From Macrostomum lignano (lineage: Eukaryota): a stretch of 64,000 nt of DNA. The notes under the pieces were generated by a model. It had not been told where the DNA came from and searched no databases. It saw only the letters and a list, made by a program, of their open reading frames with translations. Numbering within the stretch: position 1 is the stretch's first letter; the number at the start of each line of letters is the position of its first letter. This document shows, one piece after another, positions 1 through 13,728 of this stretch. The stretch lies in NCBI GenBank assembly GCA_002269645.1, contig NIVC01000298.1:62001-126000 (forward strand). Direction: 5' to 3'. The position numbers and the translations under genes were made by a program.

Positions 1-516
1 AAATATTTAAACTGCTATATTGGGCCTATGACAGATTTTTATTGAGAAACTATCATCATTTCCACAGAGAAAGATAAACATGTGAAGCTTTCGTGAAGAT
101 TACATCTTCATACTACGGGTATCAAATTTTCCTGTATTTGACTGAACGTACGTGCATTTAGTCATAGTCGGGGGAGTGCTTCAACCATTTATCAGGTTTA
201 AATCGGCTGCCGCTTGCATATGTACATCACATGTAAATGAACATGTGGTAAATCTGATGAGGAACTATGCACACATGCGCGAGTTGCCCCGGAAAGAGCT
301 GAGATTGATAGATAATGAAAAATCAGTAGGAAAGAGAGAATGAGGCTGCGTGACCACCCACCCCATTATCCTGTCTTTCCGTTCCATGGCAGCACGTAAT
401 TAAATGTGTCAAGTGTACAATTGATTCAATCGATTACTCGTTTATACGCAAAGCATCGAGAGAGTTTTTAATTGCATCCAAACTTTCTGACTAATGCCTT
501 CGTGTGTTCCAAAGAA

Positions 517-890
517 GGAGACACTGATTCATAGGGTGTGTACATTGACAAATGCAATTACAACACGCAGGGTAGGGTTGGCTTTGGTAGACGCGCGGAT
601 TTGCTTGGTTCGCATTGTTCATATATGTGCATCGAAATTTTTTTCTTGCTAACTGCTTCTATGGGGAGGTGGATGACGTAATCAAGATAGGGTTTTGGTT
701 GGAGGAGGCTCAATATATGGGTCCGTGCTGTGAAGATATCTGTTTATACACTGAAATTGGAGGGGTAGGGGTTGGAATTCCTTGACAGTTAGAAATGGTA
801 AGGTCAGAGAGACAGGGACGAGTGGTTCTGTTCTACATGGGTCTGTGCTGTGAAGACGAGTCTAATATGACCATTGGGTGTTGGCTGTTT
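517..890. repeat. Diverged ~375-bp direct repeat, copy 1 (copy 2 at 2847-3220)
   Basis: Both copies begin GGAGACACTGATTCATAGG.TGTGTACATT.ACAAATGCA and share colinear blocks (GGATGACGTAATC, TACACTGAAA, GCTGTGAAGACGAGTCT, GGCTGTTTT); they bracket the 249-bp array. Confidence 0.8.
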
Positions 891-1149
891 TGCCAATTCA
901 GTAATATACTAAACCTGTCCAGCTGTTTGCCGCATGAGTCACTTTTCTCGGTGGGTGCAGAAGGAGAGAGAGAGAGGTCTGGGAGGGACAGTTTAAATGT
1001 CAATCGAAATCAACGGGCCGCTTCGCCGACTGTATATGTTAAAATTATTATAGCTAGGTTTATAGCAAACTGTACGTTTTAACCCAATATTCAAGAATAA
1101 TCCCTTCCCTGACTTCTTGAGGGGTATTACATGTACCAAATACATACAT

Positions 1150-2680
1150 TTGAATGATGAAACAGCATTTTTGACGATTAAGTTGTAAAAATTATGGTTT
1201 CTGCTGATGAAGTGATTAATTTTGTTCAATAAAGTCAGCATTTTAACGTAAAAAGAGTAAAAACTGTGAAAAATTGACCTTTTTAAAACGAAAATGTGCA
1301 ATTTCTAGTAATTTGGCTTTCAATGAAAATGTCTTGGGTGGAATTCCAACTTGGGCCTGGGTGTGCATATGGAGATCAGTGTGTGACTCATTCCTGCTCG
1401 AAAGCTGTCTCTTGCCAACTTTGAAATCAGCATTTGGACAAATTAGCGGTTGAAATTATGGTTTTTGGGATGAAACTACTAAGTTTGATCAATTCGCATT
1501 TCGCATTTTAACGTTAGAAAATAATAAAACTGTGAAAATTGGCCTTTATTAAACGAAAGAATGAGAAATTCTAAGAATTAGCTTTAAAAAAACCATGGTT
1601 TTAGTGGAAATTGGACTGGCTCGGGTAATCCGTGTGCGAATATAATTCCTGCTCAAAGGTGTCTCAGATCGAGTTCCAGAAGTAGCATTTGTGATAATTT
1701 TGTGTTAAAATTGTGGTTTTTAGTGATGAAACCTACTGATTTCGATCAATAAAGTCTGCATTTTAACGTAAAAATGCATAAAAACTGTGAAAAATTGTAT
1801 TTTCTTATGAAAAATGCTCATTTCTAGCAATTTAGGCTTCAATAGCCATGTCTTGGCTGATTTTGGGCTGGCTTGTGGATGTTTGTGTGGGGTTCATTCC
1901 TGCTTAAAAGCTGTCTAAGGTCAAGTTGAAAGCGATATTTGGACAAATTAGCTGTTGAAAGTATGGTTTCTAGTGATGAAACTACTGATTTTGATCAATA
2001 AAGTCTGCATTTTAACGTAAAAATGCATAAAAACTGTGAAAAATTGTATTTTCTTATGAAAAATGCTCATTTCTAGCAATTTAGGCTTCAATAGCCATGT
2101 CTTTGGCTGATTTTGGGCTGGCTTGTGGATGTTTGTGTGGGGTTCATTCCTGCTTAAAAGCTGTCTAAGGTCAAGTTGAAAGCGATATTTGGACAAATTA
2201 GCTGTTGAAAGTATGGTTTCTAGTGATGAAACTACTGATTTTGATCAATAAAGTCTGCATTTTAACGTAAAAATGCATAAAAACTGTGAAAAATTGTATT
2301 TTCTTATGAAAAAATGCTCATTTCTAGCAATTTAGGCTTCAATAGCCATGTCTTGGCTGATTTTGGGCTGGCTTGTGGATGTTTGTGTGGGGTTCATTCC
2401 TGCTTAAAAGCTGTCTAAGGTCAAGTTGAAAGCGATATTTGGACAAATTAGCTGTTGAAAGTATGGTTTCTAGTGATGAAACTACTGATTTTGATCAACA
2501 AAGTCTGCATTTTAAGGCTAAAATCGTAAAAAAACGGTGAAAAGCTGCATTTTAATGAAAAAAATGTGCATTTCTAGTCATTTAGCTTTCAAAATAACCT
2601 AATTTCTTGTTTGAAATTCCAACTTTACTTTGTGTGGAGAGGTCAGTGCATGATTCATTCCTGCTTCTAACAGATTAAAC
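1150..2680. repeat. ~249-bp tandem satellite, about 3 near-identical central units plus degenerate outer units
   Basis: GATCAATAAAGTCTGCATTTTAACGTAAAAATGC recurs at 1744, 1993, 2243 and as a variant at 2493 (period 249-250); degenerate versions near 1224 and 1488. Confidence 0.9.
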
Positions 2681-2846
2681 CGTCTCAAAGACCAAGTCTG
2701 AAAGCTTGAAGTGAGAAGGCAGGGGAGAGGCAGAATTGAATAGCCTCACGTATTTAAATTTGTGGACTTCACTACTTCTAGTAAACGCAAGGGTGACTTA
2801 TACTATTTACAAAGTTTAGATCAAGTAAATCAGAATTGCATGCGGT

Positions 2847-3220
2847 GGAGACACTGATTCATAGGCTGTGTACATTTACAAATGCAGCTGGGGTTTGTCC
2901 ATGCAGGTAGAGGTTGGCGGACTCGGATTTGCTCAGATTCGCGGGGTTGATATGTGCATTAAAAGTTGGTTTCTTGCTATCTGGGGTGGCATGGATGACG
3001 TAATCGGAGAAGAGAGGGGTTTTGCTGAATGAAGTTTAATATAGGGTCTGTGCTGTGGAAAGATCTGTCTGTACACTGAAAATGGAGAGAGGGTCGAAAT
3101 TCCTTGGCATTTAGAAGGGGGACAGAGAAAACAGGGGCGAGTGTTAAAATTTAGCTCGATTTTGCTATGGAGTCTGCGCTGTGAAGACGAGTCTGGTGAA
3201 CATCGGAGGGGTGGCTGTTT
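2847..3220. repeat. Diverged ~375-bp direct repeat, copy 2
   Basis: Colinear similarity to 517-890, seen by eye. Confidence 0.8.
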
Positions 3221-4060
3221 TCGAACAGGGTTGAATTTGACTATGGTCCGAGTTAAAGGGTGATTCAGCATTCAGTATAGGAGCTTCGAGGGGATGGTTT
3301 ACTGTAATTAAAGCGCGACGAAGCGTCTTGTATCATACCCACTGTCAATAGAAATATAAAGCACTGCTTCAACAGTCTTGTATTTGGGGGGCAGACTTGG
3401 GGAGAGACTTGAATGACGCAACCTCCACCCCATTGCTTGGCGAGAGTTTGTACAGGCCCGCCTCTATATGAAAGTATGTGTATTTTATAAGTGATTTCGA
3501 ATAAATTATCAGCATATTCAAACCTACATTCTCCGAGGGTGAAAATGTACATACCTAATTTTTGGGGTATGTAGCGGATATGAGTATAGAGGCTATCGAT
3601 GTACATATAGACTCCGACCCGTATTATTCAAATCTGTCTCTGAGAATGTACATTGGAAATATACATTACGATGTGAGCTATACAATTAGTTGACTCATTT
3701 GGATGAGATTGTACATGTAGTAGGGTTTCGAGTTGTAATTTTGGTGCGCGCGCGCTGGGGATGACACTGTAGATTAATGCACATGTACATATAGAATTGG
3801 GTATAGACAATTTGGGATAGGGATTAATGTACATGGGATTAATGTACATATCCATTTTGAGATAGATAGGGATTATTGAACATGGAATTAATGTACATAT
3901 GTGGGATTAATGTACATATATGACTACATATACGCATATCACGCTTAGGATACCGTTTTCGTATACTACTTACTTCATTTTTCAGATAGTAGTATAATTT
4001 GCGTTTTTTGCGTCAAAACATCTGAAAACCCAGCTCTATCTGCGTGCTACGTAGTACCTG

Positions 4061-4400
4061 ATGACTCACGCTGGTGTTCCCGCGCTCAGCTGCACTATCC
4101 GTAAACGCCGTCAGATGTTACTTGGCCACTGCCTAAGAAGCCACGGCCGCGGCGAGCAAAATCCTCTGGCGCAGGCTCTCCTGCATCACCCCCCCCCCCT
4201 GAGCGCCTGCGCCGCGTGGCCAAGGTCGAATTGTGACGCTAACGATACGTTTCTGACTGACTTGCAGGCCATCGGGCTCAGCCCCCAGTCCGCCATGATT
4301 TGCCCCTCTCGGTTGTTCTGCGAACGCGTCCGCACAAGTCTAGCTAGGTCTCTTTTGTCTGTGCTACTCTGCGTCGCTATATATATGGAGAATATAATAT
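4061..4400 (+). mobile_element. 5'-truncated non-LTR retrotransposon (RTE-like) 3' fragment
   Basis: Translation TIRKRRQMLLGHCLR...NPLAQALLH..P resembles the post-RT C-terminal motif (IR.RR...GH..R) of RTE-type LINEs; GC-rich island in AT-rich DNA. Confidence 0.5.
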
Positions 4401-5728
4401 ATATTCATGAGCTCAAAGCTGTAGCACTAATTTTGTATGAATTAGTGATATGTAGTATTGTGGGAACTACATGTAATATATGAAATTATACCTGCTCGTA
4501 AATATATTAGCAATAGCACAAACAAATGCAATCATTTATTTCGTAATGCAATGCTATTTCCTATCTTTGTCCAGGAAATAGGCCTAACAATTACGATATC
4601 GTTGAGTTTTACGTTCTGCTGTATACCACAGTGGTCCTTATTGTAAGGTTTATTTACTTAATTCCGTATGATACATCCTAGATAAAGCCATTTAATTTAA
4701 TCTTAATAGAGGATGATGATCAGCGCGACCTGCAGGAGAGAAGAATTATTAAAGATCGATTGATCGAAGGACCCGACTTTAGAATAACAGCTGGGCCTAA
4801 GGAAAAAAACAAATTGTAATAGAATAAAGGTGCAAAGAAAATTAATCTATGAATTAAGTACATTACAGTAATACAAAACAAAATAGACTTTTAAATATTA
4901 TATTACCACTAAGTTTTCTGCAGTTCATTCTCTAGCTTGATCGACCTATACAACTTTAACTAGGCCTTTAGTCAGGCCGGTCAGTCCAGGCAAATTGTTG
5001 TAGGCCTACAAATTGATATTGATACAATATAGGCCTAAATGATCCGACTATGCAGGCATCTTACTTTCAAAATCAAAAGATCATGAAGAAAATTTTTGCA
5101 TGCATGCCTAAGGTTAGACCATAGGTAATAAAGTTATAGGCCTATGGATTCCCAAATTGCCAACTATTTTAAGTATGAGTTGCGAGCAGAGCAGCTAGTG
5201 AAACATAAGACACAGGCTTACCGGATAAACTATGTAATTTGTAATTATATTTATATGAAAAATTTTAGCATTATATTTCCCTTTATTTTCTAATATATTC
5301 TGGAACAATAATAAACATCTGGACTTAGTAGGGGTAGGGGGGGGCCTAGCTAGAACTGACTGAGGCTGGGATGAAGTGGGGCCTAGCTCAAACTCTTGAA
5401 ATAGTTATTTATATTTTTAATTTTTAACCAATAGACTTTAAGCTCAGCATTATAAATTTTATCTTAATACCTAGGCTACTAGGCCTATATTTATCTAGCA
5501 AAGCTAGGCTTATTCAAATAAGTAGGCCTAGGCCATATTAACTAGGGCCCTATTATAGATTCCATTGGAACTTTAAGTTGTATGGCAGGAAATCTTCATG
5601 TTTCTTGCTCCTCCTCTTAATTATTTTTTTAATAATAAATCACCATATTACAAAAATGAATTACAAAGTCATAGGGGTTGGAAGCTAAGGAGTCATCATT
5701 ATTGAATGTTATTGTTGGATACTAAAGT

Positions 5729-5890
5729 AAAAAGTTCAAATTAGAGTTCGAAGTCACAAGAAAGATAATTACATACATAAGATATTGTATGGACGATATT
5801 TACGACAATCATTCTGGTAGGCGATTTGCGTCCACTATTATCCCATCTAATTATCTTTCTTGTGACTTCGAACTCTAATTTGAACTTTTT
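5729..5890. repeat. Perfect 43-bp inverted repeat with 76-nt spacer
   Basis: AAAAAGTTCAAATTAGAGTTCGAAGTCACAAGAAAGATAATTA (5729-5771) is the exact reverse complement of 5848-5890. Confidence 0.95.
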
Positions 5891-5951
5891 TGGTGGTGGG
5901 TCATCTTTTTTGAATGTAAAATAATATAATGAGCCATTTCTACGTGCGCTA

Positions 5952-6049
5952 GAACAAATTTGAAACAAGAAATAATATAACGAACAAAACCATAGTTATA
6001 GGAACAAATTTGAAACAAGAAATAATATAATGAACGAAACCATAGTTAT
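5952..6049. repeat. Two-copy 50-bp tandem duplication
   Basis: GAACAAATTTGAAACAAGAAATAATATAA..AAC.AAACCATAGTTAT at 5952 and 6002. Confidence 0.9.
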
Positions 6050-8671
6050 GCCAAACTAGTCAGTCCATAGGCATAGAAGCATTGTGGCCAAGTCAATAGT
6101 CAAGCCTCCTTGTTCACATTGGCAAGCTTTAGATCCTTTGCATAAAAGTAAATAGGCCTAATTTCACTAAGCTGTACTAGTAACAGATAGTTTCTCTCAA
6201 AGAACAAGCCCTACTAGATAAACTAATAGCATTTGTATCTGCATGTCTAATAGGACTAGCTAACACTAGGCTACTAGCCATTAATGTTAGTAGCATAGTA
6301 GCATTGAAGTTACATAGTTCAATGGTAGCTTGTAGTTTGGCAGCAGGAATAATGACCCATAGTGCCAGAAGGTGTCCTGCCATACTACCTATGAGTGGCT
6401 ATAATGGCAAATAAAAATATTTAGAGTGGGAAATATGAAAATTGCCATCCATAAGGCTTAATATAAAATTATATACATTGTGTAGGCTTAGGAGGGGCCT
6501 ATATGGCTATCTTATCTAAACAAAACATAAAAGCATAAGTCTAAAAATGGCTTTTATGTCAAATAAATTTGGTATAGATGAAACTTCTCACCAAAAGGCC
6601 TTATTGGCATATAGTCATTTGTCACTAAAATATATAATATATTATTTATATACATTATATATAATGGCTAGGTAATCATTATTTTATATCTAAGTCCTAG
6701 GGGCATATGCATTATATCAAAATTTCCAAGTTCAAAAAGACAAAATAAATTAATATAATATTATTTTAAAATAAAAAATTATTAATCCTTAAAAGTGCAA
6801 AAACTGGCTAAAGTAAAATTCATAAAATAAATAACAAGGATTTATAACAAAACAAGCAAGCATATTGAACTATATTTTTATTTTATATTAGTATAAGTGT
6901 ACTAGCTAATATTTAATAGATATGGCCTTGGGATTTAAAATTAAAATGATGAATATTTAATTTGCCAAAAAGTTAAAAAAATCAAAATAACCACTGACAA
7001 ATAAGTCAAATGATAAGTTATATCACAAATATTTATTTTTCTGTCTATTAGACATATGAGACAAAAAGTCATACTAAAAATATATTGGTTTATGAATTCG
7101 AAAGATTTAAAAAATTATTTACACTTTTTTTAAAAGTATTTTTTAATTCAAAGGTTTTTTGCTACTTATAAGGTTTTTTTAATTTTCACCATTTCACTAT
7201 TTAACTAAATAATTTTTAAACTAGTTTTGCCATATTTAGAATAGAACATTCTACATTTTATAATAAATTACAAATAACAAAATCTTCTTATAGAAACAAT
7301 ATAAGACAGTAAGTGCTTTAAACTAAACCAAAAACTGAACCAACCAGAATTTAAAAAAAATATGATTTTTTGGGAAAAAAGACAAATTATTAGTTCATTC
7401 ATTTATAGTTTTATGCATACTTACTTTGGTATATTTATTTTTTTAATATTTTTTTACTTTAATGACAAGTTTATTTAATTTATGTCTTGAATATATAATC
7501 ACACAATCATATGGGGAGATGCACAAAAAGGTGGCACAATTGAAGCGGGAAAGGGCAGTGATTGGGTGGTCACCTCTCTCTCCCAGTGAATTTTTAGAAT
7601 TAGAGCAGCATATTCTGCTTAAATCTCACAAAAATGCATATAACATGCTCAGTATTAAAATATAGCTGGGTCACCCCACAGAGGGATGGGAGGGTAGTCA
7701 CCCCCAAGGGGGTAGGAGGGTGGTCACTTGGGGATAGCCCCCTTTGCCCCCACCTATGCTGCCAAGTTACATTTTACTCCTTTTGTAAATAACCAATTCT
7801 AATATTTGCAAGTTTGAGAATAACACAAAAACAAGTTAAGCTCCTTTCCCTAAACTTGGTTCCTAATTGTATTAAAATTTTTAGGTATATTTAAAAGAAA
7901 AGTTCAACATTCAAATTATTTTGTTATTTTAAACAGACAACTTTTTTGCAAATTTATTAGTAATGTTATTTCTAAAAAATGTAGATTTTTTAATGCATAT
8001 ATTGAACTTTTAGTATGAGAAATAATAATATATAAGTAGAAAGAAAAAATATTTATTTTTTAGTACAAAATCTAGTAAGACCTCTATTTTTAAATAATTA
8101 GGCTTTCTTAACCAAATACAAGCATTTTAGCATTCTAGTCAAAATTCAAAAATATAGCTATGCCATATATTAGCATTAGAACACATAAGTATCTAGCATA
8201 TATGACATGTATATCATATTTACTTCATTAGACAACAGTTATACAAGTTGTCCCATGATGCATATTATGGCAAGGTTATACATCTGACATTTATAGAAGT
8301 CAAATAATGTAAGAAAGTGTCTATGATAGAACTTTGCACAATTATTTTGCTGTTTGTGATAATGTTTTTTTACTATAAAATTTTGGCATAGAGATGGCAG
8401 TTATTTTCTATTTTCTATTATTTTCTATTCGGTCATGATTTGATAGCTAGATGTAAAATATACTTGAATTATCTAAGTTAAGTGTTAAAATAATTTTAAG
8501 CTAATAAATCATTTAAATAAACTTTAGATTAGATAAACAAGCAAACTGCTTTGTGATATATCTTTAAAATTCTTTTTAATCAATGTATAACCCCTTTCTT
8601 GATAAGCCAAGCATTAACTATTATTAAAGACAGTCTAATCTAAAACATGAAGCATTGTGAAGAGAAGACTA

Positions 8672-8976
8672 CAGTCATACATGCCTAACCTCAAAATTTC
8701 ACCCATCTGGTGCAACTTAGTTCTGTCCAGATTTGCGACTTAGTTCCTCTCAATTGCGACTTAATTTTCACTTTGTATATGACTTTTCTTGCCTTTTACT
8801 CTTTTCTTCTCTTTCTCTCTTCTCTCTCCTTGCTTTCCCTTTCTCTTCCTCTCCTTTCTTTTTCCCCAAAATTTTATTTTTTTGCCTTTTTTGATTTTGC
8901 AACTTACCTTGGCTGGCAGCCATTTCACCCATCTGGTTTGGACAGTTTGGATGGGTGTTGGGCATGATGTATGACT
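8672..8976. mobile_element. Possible degenerate Tc1/mariner-type MITE
   Basis: Left end TA|CAGTCATACATGCC, right end GGCATGATGTATGAC(TA): imperfect ~20-bp TIR; internal ATTTCACCCATCTGGT occurs twice. Confidence 0.35.
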
Positions 8977-9604
8977 ACAGTTATCATCTCAGCAACAGTA
9001 TGTATATGTATTTATATATAGTATGAAATACTTTCTTAATGAGAGCCTAAAAAATATACCCCAGTTACCATAACTCGTATCTCAGTTTTTGTATTCTTTG
9101 CTGTGAATTATCATCCAAGTAGTCAATTAATTGATTAAGAAAAGACATGGTGGACACCTGATATTTCTTGATGAGTTCGAACTGAGTCTCTTGACAGCTA
9201 GGACTCAAGGATGGTGCACATCGAGGCAGGTCAACTTGCACAGAACTTGAAGGACAGTTAGACAGCTTGTCCATATCGATCTTTACAATTGGAACTGAAC
9301 CATCGCGCTGGTGCAAGCTTTTTCGAGTCGAAAATTTGTCAAACATTGAGGTTAACTGGATATTCTGTGGACGCTGAGCAGCTGGTAATCTTTAATGGCG
9401 CCAACGCCCATCTTTAAGCCCATGGACTCGCCACAAGGCGGCAGCTATCTCATGGGAATGCTTATTAGTTGCTTGTAGAATCGCTTTTGTCAAAAATAGT
9501 CTATGGTAAATTAATGGTAAAAGAGGCACAAAAGATATACAATTACTAATTAGAGCAAGTTGTGGAAACCGATCGACAGCTAATCAGTATTTACTCGTGG
9601 CAAC

Positions 9605-10180
9605 ATGGCAGACAACTTGAAGCGTATCGTTTGTCTACTCAATCAGACCAATGATTCAGGCGAACAAGTTAACTTTGCTAATAGAAACGATTCCGCTTCC
9701 AAACAGAGTTTATCAACCAAAGATACTGCTGCTGACAGCGAAAACATAGCTAATCTTTGTTTGAATTTGTCATATCGAGATATGTCATCTGTTGCTGTGT
9801 CATCTATTAATGATCTCAATGATCTCAATCTGAGCTTGGACCTGTCGATGAGCCTCGAGACCAGTCGCGGCGATAAGAAACAGCTGCTTAATAAAGAATT
9901 TCAAGTGCCATTGAAGTTGGCCATCGGCGAGAGACTGAAGCAGTTCCAACCGTCTACTACAGCGCCCACTACAGGAGGAATGTCCGAGGTCACCGTGCAG
10001 TCCTCTACTGGTCGCCTGTCGCACGCTGGCGACAACATGTTGCCTAGAAACGGATTCTGCGGAATCCTAAGCGACGAATCCGAGTCGTCGAATATATTTA
10101 AACTCGGCCACAGCAGCAGCTTCTGTTGTCCCGGCAGCAGCAGCAGCGGCATCGGCGGCGCTTCTGAAAGCAATATATGA
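9605..10180 (+). CDS. Hypothetical Ser-rich protein (191 aa), no recognisable domain
   Basis: ATG-initiated ORF in a GC-elevated island within AT-rich DNA; no motif recognised. Confidence 0.3.
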   Translation: MADNLKRIVCLLNQTNDSGEQVNFANRNDSASKQSLSTKDTAADSENIANLCLNLSYRDMSSVAVSSINDLNDLNLSLDLSMSLETSRGDKKQLLNKEFQVPLKLAIGERLKQFQPSTTAPTTGGMSEVTVQSSTGRLSHAGDNMLPRNGFCGILSDESESSNIFKLGHSSSFCCPGSSSSGIGGASESNI

Positions 10181-10833
10181 CCAACTTTTGAACGTATTGC
10201 TGTCATTTTTTGTTACAAAGTGACTGGTGAAATTTTTTTCGGAAGCCAGATAAAAAACGCACGGAGACCGAGAAGTTGATGAAGGAGATGCAGAGACTAA
10301 ACAGAGGGAGAAGAGAGCGACAGATTAAAAGCGAAGAAGCGATCCTTGTCTCTCTGCCATTTTGATTTTTTCGTCGTCAAACGAAAAAGTTGGGTAGTTT
10401 TTTCGATGAATAAATACAAGCGTGGAAGTTTATTTTGCCTATGGCCATTTTTTTGCAGAGTTCTGAAGCTATAAAAATTGAGAAATCTAACTTTACTTCT
10501 CAATCTGATCTTAATTTTTTTATTTTAATTGGCTAGAGCAAAATTTCGGGCCGTTTAAACTATGAGCATAGATCCCATTTAAGAAGCAAAATATGAAATT
10601 ATCTAATAAGTACGTTAGTTACTCTTAGTAGATGACGAGCTCACAGAGTTGCCATAGACAATCCTTTTAGAAGCCATTAACTAAGGCTATTGTCGTTTTG
10701 ACGTCTCTATTAGATTGTACAAACTACAAATGAATATTGTCAGCGTGCAAAAGAACACCACATCATGGTCTAAATAAATGGCAAAAGCTATATAAATAGC
10801 CACTGGTTTAAGTGCATCAATACGTAGCGCATC

Positions 10834-11831
10834 ATGCTGCGTCACTTGAACTGTATGCTCGGCAGTCGAACTGGCACCGCTGCTGAGAGGTCCGAAGCCG
10901 GCGCAGCAGTGCATACAGACAGCGCAGAGCGTCTAGCTACGGCTCTTGGCCAGAACGAGTCTACATCGCCGTCTGTGAAATCGAGAAGTGTCATCACCGG
11001 CGTTGCAGCGAATGGCGATTGTCCTGGTATGTCTCCGGGACCACAAGGTGACGCCTGTCTTGCCGGCCCCGTGAGCTTGTCCGGTGATCTCATCACTTTA
11101 TTGCCGGCAGGAACAGCCAATATTAGCCTCACTTGCCGTCTGTTCTCTAGCTTTGGTAAGCTACTGACTCACTTTGAGGACGATCTTGAGCTGTACCCGA
11201 GCGCCGATGCTGTCCGATCTCTGGTCAGAGATCCCATCGCGTTTGAACTGCCAGAATCTGTCGAGATTTCGCGGTCTCAAACGAAGCAAAGCCAGTCAAA
11301 TATCGAAGAGCTGCAGCAGAAAAACTACTGCAACAATTGGCAGTTTGGAAATCAAAAAAGAATCAAGACAGCCATAGCCAGCGCGTAGTTCGAGTTGAGA
11401 CGCCGTCTGTACTGACCAGTTCAACAATATCCAGCCTATTCAGTGCGACAGCCAATACCAATAGCGCTAGAAAGGCTAATAAAAAGAAAGCAAAATCATG
11501 CTACAATTACGAGTGCGATTTTCGTGTCAATCTTTCGCCTGGTCCCCAGCGGTCCTGCGACTACTATTTTGGTCCGATTAAAGGTCTGCATCCGAGCGCT
11601 GTTCCGCCGCGCTCAGAGACATTGACGCCGTCGTTGCGTCAGCTGCGTGGCAGCAGTCGATGCCAGAAGCTGCAGCGCTGTCGCCCCCTGTCGCCGCCAC
11701 TGCTTCTCGAACTGGACGGTTTTTCTGGCCGCACCGAGGCCTTGGGCTGCGTGCCGTCCGTGCCAGTAGCTCGGCCGCGTCTGGTCACTCATCCAGTTCG
11801 GGGTCCTGGTCGCATCGGGCGTGGACGATAG
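10834..11831 (+). CDS. Hypothetical protein; two overlapping ORFs (10834-11388, 11337-11831), possibly one frameshifted gene
   Basis: GC-rich island; ORFs overlap across an A-run (AATCAAAAAAGAATC ~11350); no motif recognised. Confidence 0.25.
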
Positions 11832-12427
11832 AGCTGTCTTCACACTTCACCCACGTGGTGGTTATAATTTAACATCGTCTGTTAACTATTGAATTCAGAA
11901 AACGCTGAACGCACTTAGCACTGAACGCTTATAACATTTTTATTTATTAACTGTACGATATATAAAACGTACGATGCTGTCTGTCTTGTTGATTGCTTAA
12001 TTATATTCTGTCAAAAATGGCTACTTGTTGCTTTTTAATGCTGCAACTCTATCCCTCCACAGAACTGAGCCGGGTCATAAGTCACGTAAACAAATACGCG
12101 AAATCCTATTGGCTGACTATAATATTTAATGGCAAAGTATAAACTAACGTAACACTGCCGTGGGTTACAAACCCTGTTGTTCTTTCTGTTGCAGCATGCC
12201 AACAAGTCATTTGACTCTATTTTGTGCTTTCTGTCCAGGTGAAACAATGAAAATTAATTTATAAGTCATTTAGCTATTTGATAAAATATCATTATCCAAA
12301 ATGAAACATCCATTATGCAACGTACTAAAGATCAATGACATCCTGATTTTTCAGTGAACCTACTATCGACTCTGCGCCGAACTGAGACTGGATAAACATA
12401 AGTTAAAGTAATCAACCTATGAATAGC

Positions 12428-12903
12428 ATGTCCACTCTGGCTAACAGTCTGATTCGTCAGGGCCTTCGCGGCGCTGTAGGGCGTACGCCTATGATCAGAT
12501 TGGGTCGGGTTAGCGAAGCTACTGGCTGCGAAATCCTTGCCAAAGCCGAGTACGGCAACGCTGGCGGCTCGGTGAAAGACCGGGCCGCTTTGTACCTGAT
12601 TGCCGATGCGGTGAAGCGCGGCCAATTGAAACCTGGCGGCACCGTGGTTGAAGGCACCGCCGGTAATACCGGTATCGGTTTGGCTCACCTGTGCAACGCG
12701 CTTGGGTATAAATGTGTCATATTTATGCCTGAAACTCAGTCTAAAGAGAAAATCGACTTGTTAAGAGTATTAGGCGCCACAGTGTATCCCGTACCGGCCG
12801 TTGCCTACACGGATCCTAATAATTATAATCATCAAGCGAAGCGATTCGCCGAAGGATTGGAGAACTCCGTGTGGACTAATCAGTTTGATAATACCGCTAA
12901 TAG
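12428..12903 (+). CDS. cysK: Cysteine synthase (O-acetylserine sulfhydrylase family, fungal CysB/bacterial CysK type), exon 1 of 3
   Basis: MSTL...GRTPMIRL...GGSVKDR (PLP lysine motif), [22 protein letters not shown]; phase-2 donor AG|GTGAG at 12904. Confidence 0.93.
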
Positions 12904-13035
12904 GTGAGACCATATGCGTGATAAGTATTTGCAGATCCAACTCGTGGGTCTACGTGTAGCCGTATGTGGGCTAGCTAACCAGTTCTTTATCCAGACACAG
13001 TCAACGGGAGGAATTCTTAGATAATACTGGGACCT

Positions 13036-13728
13036 GGAAGTTACAAAACACAGGGAGTGAGATGCCAGATCGCAGATACCGGAAGCTACTGAGGAGATCC
13101 GGAAGTTACAAAACACAGGGAATGAAATGCCAGATCGCAGATCCCGGAAGCTACTGAGGAGATCCGGAAGTCACAAAACACAGGGAATGAAATGCCAGAT
13201 CACAGATCCCGGAAGCTACTGAGGGGATACGGAAGTTACAAAACACAGGGAATGAAATGCCAGATCACAGATCCCGGAAGCTACTGAGGAGATCCGGAAG
13301 TTACAAAACACAGGGAATGAAATGCCAGATCGCAGATCTCGGAAGCTACTGAAGAGATCCGGAAGTTACAAAACACAGGGAATGAAATGCCAGATCACAG
13401 ATCCCGGAAGCTACTGAGGAGATCCGGAAGTTACAAAACACAGGGAATGAAATGCCAGATCGCAGATCCCGGAAGCTACTGAAGAGATTCGGAAGTCACA
13501 AAACACAGGGAATGAAATGCCAGATCGCAGATCCCGGAAGCTACTGAAGAGATTCGGAAGTTACAAAACACAGGGAATGAAATGCCAGATCGCAGATCCC
13601 GGAAGCTACTGAAGAGATTCGGAAGTCACAAAACACAGGGAATGAAATGCCAGATCACAGATCCCGGATGCTACTGAAGAGATTCGGAAGTCACAAAACA
13701 CAGGGAATGAAATGCCAGATCACAGATC
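13036..13728. repeat. 65-bp minisatellite (~11 copies) in cysteine synthase intron 1
   Basis: GGAAGTTACAAAACACAGGGAATGAAATGCCAGATC(G/A)CAGATCCCGGAAGCTACTGA(G/A)GAGAT(C/T)C; e.g. at 13101 and 13166. Confidence 0.95.

Noticed and set aside
13036-13728. CRISPR array
   Set aside because: 65-bp units are head-to-tail with no unique spacers, inside a eukaryotic intron; no cas genes.
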